A stretch of 29,829 nucleotides of DNA from a virus (lineage: Duplodnaviria; Caudoviricetes): IMG/VR virus record IMGVR_UViG_3300020044_002202, positions 1 through 29,829 of that record, one strand, 5' to 3'. Both the position numbers and the translations under genes were made by a program. The notes below the pieces were generated by a model, which worked only from the letters and a program-made list of their open reading frames with translations, ran no database searches and was not told the origin of the DNA. Every line of letters begins with the position of its first letter. Position 1 is the first letter of the stretch. This document shows positions 8,796 through 16,153 of the stretch, in pieces.

Positions 8796-9290
8796 ATGGC
8801 TTTACCAAACAAAGTGCTACCCGGATTTAGTGCGGCAATGTATGCCCAACCCGGCGCAACCCCAACTCCTCTGACTCTTTCTCAATTGTCAACCTTGGCA
8901 AGCACTTCTGCTATTGCTGTTTCTGGCAACTTGTTGAACGTAGAAGCTATCCCTGCTTTTGGTCAAGATGATGCTGTTGCTTCATTTACCGTTGCTGGCT
9001 CGCGTCAATCTGACAAAATCCCAACTCAGTCAGCTCCAACTAGCATGACTATCACTGCTGCTTGGAATCCAAGCGATACAGTGTTGTTGCAAGTTCGTGC
9101 TGATGCTTATTCTGGCGTTACAGATCGCACTTATGTGATTTCTGCAACTGATGGCGCAAACATCATTTATTACGCTTTCAATGGTCGTGCTTCTCAATTC
9201 CAAATTGATTCGGCTCCCGGCGCAGAAGCCAAGGCAACTTTCACCATTCATCCCCGTGGCAACCTGTACGGTTGGTCTAACAACGCTTAA
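8796..9290 (+). CDS. Tail tube protein, paralogue 1
   Basis: Size, synteny and beta-rich tube-like pattern (TITAAWNPSD, YAFNGR, FTI.PRG). RBS AAGGA. Confidence 0.75.
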   Translation: MALPNKVLPGFSAAMYAQPGATPTPLTLSQLSTLASTSAIAVSGNLLNVEAIPAFGQDDAVASFTVAGSRQSDKIPTQSAPTSMTITAAWNPSDTVLLQVRADAYSGVTDRTYVISATDGANIIYYAFNGRASQFQIDSAPGAEAKATFTIHPRGNLYGWSNNA

Positions 9291-9302
9291 AGAGGAATTA
9301 TC

Positions 9303-9821
9303 ATGGCTGCACCTAACGTAGTTTTACCCGGCTTTGCCGCCTCGATGTGGATGCAAACCACAGCGACACCAACTCCTTTGTCAACTGCTAATTTGGCAGT
9401 TTGGACAGGGCAAGTGGCTACCATCGTTGGCACTTCTGCTAACGGCACTGGTGCTGCTGGTACTGCCTTGAATGTGGAGACTGTTCCTGCTTTCGGTCAA
9501 GATGACGCTGTGGCTTCTTTTGCTGTTGCTGGTTCGCGTCAATCTGACAAAATCCCAACTCAATCTGCTCCTACTAGCTTAACCATTACAGCGGCATGGA
9601 ATCCATCTGATGCGGCTCTTTTGTTGATTCGTGGCGATGCTTATTCTGGTACTGTTGATCGCACCTTCGTTGTGGCTGCTGTGGCTGGCACTACTACCGT
9701 TGCCTATGCTTTTAATGGTCGCGTGAGTCAATTTACGATTGATTCGGCTCCCGGCTCTGAAGCAAAATGCACTTTCACAATTCATCCACGAGGAAACCAG
9801 TTTGGCTGGTCGAACACCTAA
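9303..9821 (+). CDS. Tail tube protein, paralogue 2
   Basis: 40 of 42 residues identical to paralogue 1 over PAFGQDD...AAWNPSD and colinear throughout. RBS AGAGGA. Confidence 0.75.
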   Translation: MAAPNVVLPGFAASMWMQTTATPTPLSTANLAVWTGQVATIVGTSANGTGAAGTALNVETVPAFGQDDAVASFAVAGSRQSDKIPTQSAPTSLTITAAWNPSDAALLLIRGDAYSGTVDRTFVVAAVAGTTTVAYAFNGRVSQFTIDSAPGSEAKCTFTIHPRGNQFGWSNT

Positions 9822-10021
9822 TGAGTGACCAACTTGCAGCGGCAATAGAGGCTTTGGCCTCTACCTATCAATCCCTTGACTTGATTGCTCAAGGGATGGT
9901 TGTCGATGCCCAAGAAGTCTCGGATGCCTTGGCAAAAGCTGATGCTGATACCGCAGAGTTCATTGCTCTGACTGCTTTGGCAAAATTCAATCCCTATACT
10001 CCACCTGTAAAATCAAAATAA
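9821..10021 (+). CDS. Hypothetical protein (66 aa)
   Basis: TAATG overlap with the upstream stop. Ala-rich helical sequence MSDQLAAAIEALAS. Confidence 0.7.
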   Translation: MSDQLAAAIEALASTYQSLDLIAQGMVVDAQEVSDALAKADADTAEFIALTALAKFNPYTPPVKSK

Positions 10022-10024
10022 GAT

Positions 10025-10255
10025 ATGAATACAACAATACAAAATAGTAACGACTTGTTAAGTTTCCTTTCCTCTCGTGCAGAGGGAGGAAACAAACAAT
10101 GGTTTGGATTTCTTGAACAAAAAATGTCTAGCATTAGTTTGGCGCATCAAATCGCTGCCAACCATGCTGATAAATTGACTCCAAATGAGATTGTTGATTA
10201 TGTCAATGATCTAAACAATGCTTTGTTTCACAAGGTAATTAGCAAGAAAATTTGA
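10025..10255 (+). CDS. Hypothetical protein (76 aa)
   Basis: Tightly packed ORF in the tail operon. Confidence 0.7.
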   Translation: MNTTIQNSNDLLSFLSSRAEGGNKQWFGFLEQKMSSISLAHQIAANHADKLTPNEIVDYVNDLNNALFHKVISKKI

Positions 10256-10256
10256 T

Positions 10257-10814
10257 ATGTCTGGCATTACTTTCCAAATTAAAGGTTTGAAAGATGCTTT
10301 AGCCGTATTTGAAGAACTTGCTTTGGAAATAGGCGATAAAAAAGCCACCAGCAAAATTCTTGTCCCTGCGGCAAGAGAGGCAATTCAGCCTGTTTTAAAT
10401 ACGGCCCAAATGAATGCCCCTGTTGATACTGGAGGCTTACGCTTGTCACTTCAAGTTGAAGCAAGACGCCCAACTCGTAAAGACAAACGATCAAAATACG
10501 TCAATGATTCTGATACAGTAATTGCATCTGTTACCACGGCATCTGGCAAAAAACTTGCAAAGATGAGTGAAGGCGCTGGCTTGGCGGCTGCTAAAAGAAA
10601 ACTTGGTAAGATGGGGAATAAAGAGCAAGCTCAGAATTTTTCGGGCATCAAAAGTGATGCTCGTGCAATTGCTCAAGAATTTGGTTCTGCTCATAATGGA
10701 GCGCAACCTTATTTGCGTCCGGCAATGGAGGCAAACTCTCAGGCAGTAGCCAATAAACTTGGTGAAATTATTGGAAGACGTATAGACCAATTCCGGTCAA
10801 AAAATACAAAATAA
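10257..10814 (+). CDS. HK97 gp10-like neck/tail completion protein
   Basis: IKGLKD, NAPVDTGGLRLSL, AQEFGSAHNGAQPYLRPA. Confidence 0.85.
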   Translation: MSGITFQIKGLKDALAVFEELALEIGDKKATSKILVPAAREAIQPVLNTAQMNAPVDTGGLRLSLQVEARRPTRKDKRSKYVNDSDTVIASVTTASGKKLAKMSEGAGLAAAKRKLGKMGNKEQAQNFSGIKSDARAIAQEFGSAHNGAQPYLRPAMEANSQAVANKLGEIIGRRIDQFRSKNTK

Positions 10815-10823
10815 GGAAAACAC

Positions 10824-11312
10824 ATGACAAAATTAGCTTCTGTCTTAGGTTCTAAATATGAGAGCAAACGAAAACAGCTTTTCATTCGTACATTTGACCT
10901 TGGAGGCCATACTTTCCGAGTCAAAGTTCCAACCGTGTCTGAATCTGACGCAATGTATCAGCGCATCAATAATCCAGATGAACAAAAAATTGATGAAGTT
11001 TACAAAGCAATTATTGAGCCACTTCAACAATATAAAAATCAAACTGATCTACATTCAGAATTTGAATTTCTTGAAGATGATGTTTTAATCGGTGGTCGTT
11101 CTATTAAAGAAACCGCCAAAACAAAAGTAATGACTCAAAATCGTATCGTTGAGTTTATTAAACTTTTGATTCCAGAAGATGAAGCAAGTTCTTTGGAGGA
11201 TTTGACTTATGAAGACGTAGAAGCAGAATGGCCTATGTCAGTTCAAATGGCTTTGTTGGAAAAGATCGCCGAAGCTGTATCTCCTAACTACAAGGAATCT
11301 CGGGGAAACTAA
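10824..11312 (+). CDS. Tail assembly chaperone (gpG-like)
   Basis: Lies upstream of the tape measure gene and ends in the slippery heptamer G GGA AAC. Confidence 0.75.
   Translation: MTKLASVLGSKYESKRKQLFIRTFDLGGHTFRVKVPTVSESDAMYQRINNPDEQKIDEVYKAIIEPLQQYKNQTDLHSEFEFLEDDVLIGGRSIKETAKTKVMTQNRIVEFIKLLIPEDEASSLEDLTYEDVEAEWPMSVQMALLEKIAEAVSPNYKESRGN
11303..11309 (+). other. Programmed -1 ribosomal frameshift site GGGAAAC
   Basis: X XXY YYZ heptamer in the correct phase just before the TAA. The -1 frame is open (LIGSLRKQVEI...) to 11674. Confidence 0.85.
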
Positions 11313-11674
11313 TTGGCTCGTTGAGAAAACAAGTTGAGATCGCCATGATTTTCAACGGGCATACACATGACACATTGGCTGATATTGATGATGTAACCAT
11401 GCTTCAAATCCAGACAATGTACGCTGATGGCGTGATTGGGAATCGTGGAGTTTTAGAGGTTTTGGGGGCATTGACAAGTGGAGTGTTTAATTACATTCGA
11501 CCAGCAAATTCTCCTGCATATAAACTAGCCAACATTTTGGGAAGTGCGTATGATTACATCTATCCCCCTGCTACTCCAGAGCAGCAAAAAGAGGCGGTAA
11601 ACAACAGTTTGTTGGCGTTTATGAGTCAAGCCCCCGGCTTTGAAAAAGACAGATTTGAGGTAAAAAATGGCTAA
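11309..11674 (+). CDS. Tail assembly chaperone frameshift extension (gpT-like)
   Basis: In the -1 frame relative to 10824..11312, with no obvious RBS or ATG start of its own at the 5' end. Confidence 0.75.
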   Translation, partial: LIGSLRKQVEIAMIFNGHTHDTLADIDDVTMLQIQTMYADGVIGNRGVLEVLGALTSGVFNYIRPANSPAYKLANILGSAYDYIYPPATPEQQKEAVNNSLLAFMSQAPGFEKDRFEVKNG

Positions 11675-13601
11675 CATGATTGCGCGGCTTGGTGTTGTTC
11701 TAGGTTTAGACAGCGCCGAGTTTTCCAAAAATATCGAAGCGGCTGGTAAAAAGTTAGAACAACTTTCAGAAAAAGCCGAAACATTTGGAAAATTAGGAGC
11801 CGCCTCTTTTGTTGCTATGACATATAAAGCAATGGAATTTGCGGATTCCATTTCTGATGTGGCAAAAGCTAATGATGTTGCTATTGATACAGTCATTAAA
11901 TTAAGCGAGGCCCTTTCTCAAAATGGCGGTGAAGCAGAAAATGCGGGAAAACTACTTTCTTCTTTTACTGCTTTTGTCGACAATGCTGCTCAAGGTTCTT
12001 TTGAGGCGCAAAAATCTTTTCAAAAGGCTGGAATTGGCCTTAAAGAACTTGCCAAGATGTCTACTGAGGATTTATTCCAGAAGACGGTTGAAGGCATTGC
12101 ATCTATTGAAGACCCATTAACACGTAACGCAAAAGCAATGGAAATCTTTGGCAAGGCTGCCAAGGGTGTTGATTTTGTTGGCCTTGCAGAATCAATGCAA
12201 GAAACATCTCACATGACTGAGCAACAAGCTCAAGCCATTAAAGATGCTGGCGATGCTTGGGATATGTTAAATAAAGCCACTCACGAAACAATGTTGACTT
12301 TTACAACATCTGTTGGTTCTGGTTTAAAGGCTACGCTTGATTACATCAATGAAATTAAAGGCGAAACAAATGCTTTTGGACAAGTTGTAAAAACTGTCTT
12401 TGAAACAGTGGCTATTCTTGGTGCTAATGTTGCATTTGTTTTTGAAGGAATTGCCTCTGAAATTGGTCATACTATTCAAAATGCAAAAACATTAGCCACT
12501 CAAGGCATTGATGCAGCTATTGCTGAAAATAAGCGTTATGAAGATGATATGGCTATGCGCGCGCAAAGGCTTGAGGCTTATGAGCGCAAGATTATGGGAA
12601 CGGGTGGCGCTGGTAGAGGTTCTGCTAATGACCCAAGACGCTTGGATATGCAAAAGGCAGAAACTTTTGGTCGTCAAGTAAAGCCCGGTGTAGATAAAGA
12701 AGCAGAAGGCATCCAGCACGTACTTAATAAATTAAAAGAAAAACAAGCTGCTGAAAAATTGTCTTATGACACAAAACAAGCCATGTTTGAAATTGACATG
12801 GTTGGTTTGCACATGAGAAAAGAAGATGTTGATTTAGCCAAGAATCTTTTTGATATTGATTCAAAACGTCAAGTAATGATTGCTGAAATTCAGCGAACAG
12901 AAAAAATCAGTCAAAAACAAAAAAATGAATTGATTGAGGCTGAAAATAAAATTGCTGATGCCGCAAAACGTCAGGCAGAAGCGAGAAACGAAATGGTGAA
13001 AGCTCAACGAGAAATGAGTTTTAATCAAGGTTTTACTGATGCAATGGAAAAGTTTTTCCGTGAAGCCCCAACAGCAATGGAAAATGGCGGGAAAGCCTTT
13101 GAGTCTGTTGTTTCTAACATGAGTTCGGCGCTTGATAATTTTGTAAGAACTGGTAAGTTTTCCTTTGCTGATTTAACGGCCAGCATTATTAGGGACATGA
13201 TTTCCATTCAAATGAGAGCGCAAGCTACTTCTTTGTTTTCTATGGCAATTGGTGCGCTTGGTTTTGGTAGCAAATTCACTCCGGGTTCCAATTCCTTCGT
13301 TGGCCCAATGCCAGCCGTAGCAAGTAATGCCAGTGGAGGGGATGTGCTTGGTGGCACTCCTCATTATGTTGGTGAAAATGGCCCTGAACTTTTTGTCCCA
13401 TCTCGTTCTGGCTCAATCATTCCAAATAGCACTTTAGCTGGTATGAGTCAAAATCAACCAACCGTTAACTACAATGGCCCATACATTGCAAACATGAGTG
13501 CAATTGATACACAATCAGGTGTTCAATTCTTGGCTAAAAACAAACAAGCGGTATGGGCTGTGTATCAGTCTGCTAACCGTAGCGTACCTGTAACCCGATA
13601 A
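11667..13601 (+). CDS. Tape measure protein
   Basis: IARLGVVLGLDSAEF N-terminus, long helical Ala/Lys/Glu-rich body, lambda-type FVRTGKFSFADL, C-terminal VGENGPELFVP. Confidence 0.92.
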   Translation: MANMIARLGVVLGLDSAEFSKNIEAAGKKLEQLSEKAETFGKLGAASFVAMTYKAMEFADSISDVAKANDVAIDTVIKLSEALSQNGGEAENAGKLLSSFTAFVDNAAQGSFEAQKSFQKAGIGLKELAKMSTEDLFQKTVEGIASIEDPLTRNAKAMEIFGKAAKGVDFVGLAESMQETSHMTEQQAQAIKDAGDAWDMLNKATHETMLTFTTSVGSGLKATLDYINEIKGETNAFGQVVKTVFETVAILGANVAFVFEGIASEIGHTIQNAKTLATQGIDAAIAENKRYEDDMAMRAQRLEAYERKIMGTGGAGRGSANDPRRLDMQKAETFGRQVKPGVDKEAEGIQHVLNKLKEKQAAEKLSYDTKQAMFEIDMVGLHMRKEDVDLAKNLFDIDSKRQVMIAEIQRTEKISQKQKNELIEAENKIADAAKRQAEARNEMVKAQREMSFNQGFTDAMEKFFREAPTAMENGGKAFESVVSNMSSALDNFVRTGKFSFADLTASIIRDMISIQMRAQATSLFSMAIGALGFGSKFTPGSNSFVGPMPAVASNASGGDVLGGTPHYVGENGPELFVPSRSGSIIPNSTLAGMSQNQPTVNYNGPYIANMSAIDTQSGVQFLAKNKQAVWAVYQSANRSVPVTR

Positions 13602-13610
13602 GGATAGATC

Positions 13611-14342
13611 ATGGCAGTTCCAAATACATTTGCAAGCGATACAAGTCCAATTCCGTTATCACAACTTGATGCAAACTTTGCTTATTACGATACTGCGTTT
13701 TCGATTAGTGGCGCAAACATTACATTTCTTGGTGCTGTAAGTGGTGGTAACTTTGCGTTTACTCTTGCGAATACCACAACCAACATAAGCATTGCTGCTG
13801 GACAAACAACTGGCACGATTGTTATTGGTGGAACGGCTGGTACAGGTGCGATCACTGTTGGGCAATCAACAGGCGCTCAAACTCTAAACCTCGCAACAGG
13901 CGCAACGCTTAACGCAACAACCAAAACAGTAAACCTTGGCGCTGGTGGCGTTTCTGGTTCAATTACCAACATCAACATTGGCTCTGCCACTGCTGGTGCG
14001 ACTGGTAAAACTACTATCAATAGTCAGTGGACGCAAGTAAATGCTTTTGCCGCCGAAGCCCCTATAACTGTTAACGCTGCAACATACACAGTTCTCATAA
14101 CAGATTACTCTTTGTTGTTTACAACAACGGCCCCAACAGTAACTTTACCAGCGGCTGCGACTTACACAGGGCGTATTTTGATATTGAACAACATTACGGC
14201 AACTGCTGTGATTTCTGCCTCTGCTAACGTGGTTCCACTTGGTTCTGTAACCGCTGGCACGGCGATTCTTGCGGCAACGGCTGGTAAGTTTGCAATGATT
14301 CAATCCAATGGAACCAACTGGGTTACATTGATGGCTAACTAA
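13611..14342 (+). CDS. Putative fibre/decoration protein (Thr/Gly/Ala-rich beta repeats)
   Basis: N-terminal IPLSQLDANF, repeated T(I/V/L)x(I/L/V)G units, C-terminal TVTLPAA...GRIL...SNGTNW head pattern typical of phage fibres. Confidence 0.6.
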   Translation: MAVPNTFASDTSPIPLSQLDANFAYYDTAFSISGANITFLGAVSGGNFAFTLANTTTNISIAAGQTTGTIVIGGTAGTGAITVGQSTGAQTLNLATGATLNATTKTVNLGAGGVSGSITNINIGSATAGATGKTTINSQWTQVNAFAAEAPITVNAATYTVLITDYSLLFTTTAPTVTLPAAATYTGRILILNNITATAVISASANVVPLGSVTAGTAILAATAGKFAMIQSNGTNWVTLMAN

Positions 14343-14351
14343 GGTCAAGAC

Positions 14352-15035
14352 ATGAGCCTCCAAACTATTCTTTCTGTTGCTGAATCCGTTGGGATTAACG
14401 ACCACAAGTTTGCGGGGCAGATGCTTTCTCGCAACATGAGAATTAGCACATCTCAAATTTTGACTGCTCAACCATTTGAGTTCACGATTAAACCGATGAA
14501 CTATTTGTTGTATTCGCAAAATCGTGGAGTGCTTTCAACCTTGCGTCAAGCTGACCGAATCAATGAGCAATATCTCAATTTTGGTACTACTGGTTGGTTA
14601 AATTACATTAAATACCAAGGTGATATGACAGGGCCACAAGCTGCTGCTTGTCAAGTACAACCCGCTGCTATTGGTGCAACCTCAATTACTCTTGGCTCAT
14701 TGCCTGCTATCACCAGCACTTTGTTTGTGGTTGAAATTGGTGATTTCATTCAGATTGATCGTTATGCTTACATTGTGACGGCTAATGTTCAACGAGGCGT
14801 TGGTGCAACAGTGACAATTCCAATTCATCGTCCTTTGTTGACGACTGTGAGCGTAGCCACAAATGCTGTAATTGGTCAATACGGCACAACAGCATCTTTG
14901 GGTGGCTCTACTTATACAGGCATTACTTTTCCTGTTGTTTTGCGCGAGTATCCAACTTACACTCTTGTTCCTATGACTAATGATTCATTCATTTCTTGGG
15001 ATGGTGGTTTTCAAGCAATTGAGGTTGTTCTGTGA
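14352..15035 (+). CDS. Putative distal tail protein (Dit)
   Basis: Synteny after the tape measure gene. GDFIQI...YIVT beta-barrel insertion and terminal F..IEV. Confidence 0.6.
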   Translation: MSLQTILSVAESVGINDHKFAGQMLSRNMRISTSQILTAQPFEFTIKPMNYLLYSQNRGVLSTLRQADRINEQYLNFGTTGWLNYIKYQGDMTGPQAAACQVQPAAIGATSITLGSLPAITSTLFVVEIGDFIQIDRYAYIVTANVQRGVGATVTIPIHRPLLTTVSVATNAVIGQYGTTASLGGSTYTGITFPVVLREYPTYTLVPMTNDSFISWDGGFQAIEVVL

Positions 15036-15706
15036 ATATCATCACTCCAGTTCAAGGAACTAACACGATACGATATGCCGACTTTATGCGGCTTACCGTC
15101 AACGGGAATGTTTATCTGTTCGCAACAACACCAACGAATGTTACTGTTGCCGGAATTGGTACTTTTACTGGTTTAAGCCAATTGGTTAATGTTGGTCAAG
15201 TTCAACGCGACATTAAAAGTACAGCTAACGAAACCACGGTCACAATGGTTGGCATTGATACAACCATGCTTGGTATTGTTTTAAGCGCCAATATCAAAGG
15301 TTCTCAACTAGAGCTTTGGCATGGTTTCTTTGATTCCAACAATCAATTGATTACAACTATTGATTCGGCTTGGTCAAATTCTTCTGGAAATTTAATTCCT
15401 TGGGTGAACTTTGAAGGCGTAGAAATTCCTTGGGTTACAACCAACACCAATAATGGTCTGTATCAATATTTCAATGGATTTGTAAACTCTTTTTCGATCA
15501 CGGAAGATTGGATAGAAGCAGTTAGGATGTTTACTGGAACCATAACAATTAGTGCATCTAGCTTTCAACTTGTATTGCAAAACAGAACTGCTGGCCGTTA
15601 CACAAACAATAATTCTTGGCAAACATTTAATTCAACAGATACATCAATGAATCGTGTGAATTTCATTGAAACCATCAACTATCAATTTGGAAAAACGGCT
15701 TCATAA
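15032..15706 (+). CDS. Putative tail hub / minor tail protein (lambda L/DUF2163-like position)
   Basis: GTGA overlap with the upstream gene. F.G......G, LWHGFFD, FNGFV, GRYTN patterns. Synteny. Confidence 0.6.
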   Translation: MNIITPVQGTNTIRYADFMRLTVNGNVYLFATTPTNVTVAGIGTFTGLSQLVNVGQVQRDIKSTANETTVTMVGIDTTMLGIVLSANIKGSQLELWHGFFDSNNQLITTIDSAWSNSSGNLIPWVNFEGVEIPWVTTNTNNGLYQYFNGFVNSFSITEDWIEAVRMFTGTITISASSFQLVLQNRTAGRYTNNNSWQTFNSTDTSMNRVNFIETINYQFGKTAS

Positions 15707-16152
15707 TGAAAGTTCGTGAAGCATCGCCTTTTGATATTCCTGTTCTTTTGGATATGCTTCGCAATTACAGAAGCATGACGCCATTACCATTCTTGGCAGA
15801 AGCCAATGATGCTGAATACATAACCAAAATGTTGACGACCTTGATGGCTGGAAAAGGCTTTGTCTTGGTGGCCGAGCATGATGGGATTGTCGGAATGTTG
15901 TTAGCTGATATTTCGCCAAGCGTTTGGTCGCCAAAACATCTTTTGATGACAGAGCTAGCCTATTGGGTAGAGCCTGATGCAAGAGGAGGTACGGCTGGTT
16001 ACAGGCTTTTGACTGAATACAAGAATCGTGGAGAACAATTGAAGAAAGAAAAGCGCATCTGCAATTATTTAATCAGTAAAATGAGCAACAGCCCGAATCT
16101 TCAATATCAGAAGTTCGGTTTTATAAAAGTAGAAGAATCTTGGGTGGCCTAA
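15706..16152 (+). CDS. GNAT-fold acyltransferase-like protein
   Basis: MKVREASPFD, VLVAEHDGIVGML, YWVEPDARGGTAGYRLL (motif A), YQKFGF. Confidence 0.8.
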   Translation: MKVREASPFDIPVLLDMLRNYRSMTPLPFLAEANDAEYITKMLTTLMAGKGFVLVAEHDGIVGMLLADISPSVWSPKHLLMTELAYWVEPDARGGTAGYRLLTEYKNRGEQLKKEKRICNYLISKMSNSPNLQYQKFGFIKVEESWVA

Positions 16153-16153
16153 T

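Noticed and set aside
6228-9303. Stop read-through fusing MCP1-MCP2 or tube1-tube2 (both pairs in frame), or genome recoding
   Set aside because: MCP1 has a double stop plus terminator and tube 2 has its own strong RBS. In-frame neighbours are common here because of TAAGG spacing. Long genes are intact under the standard code.
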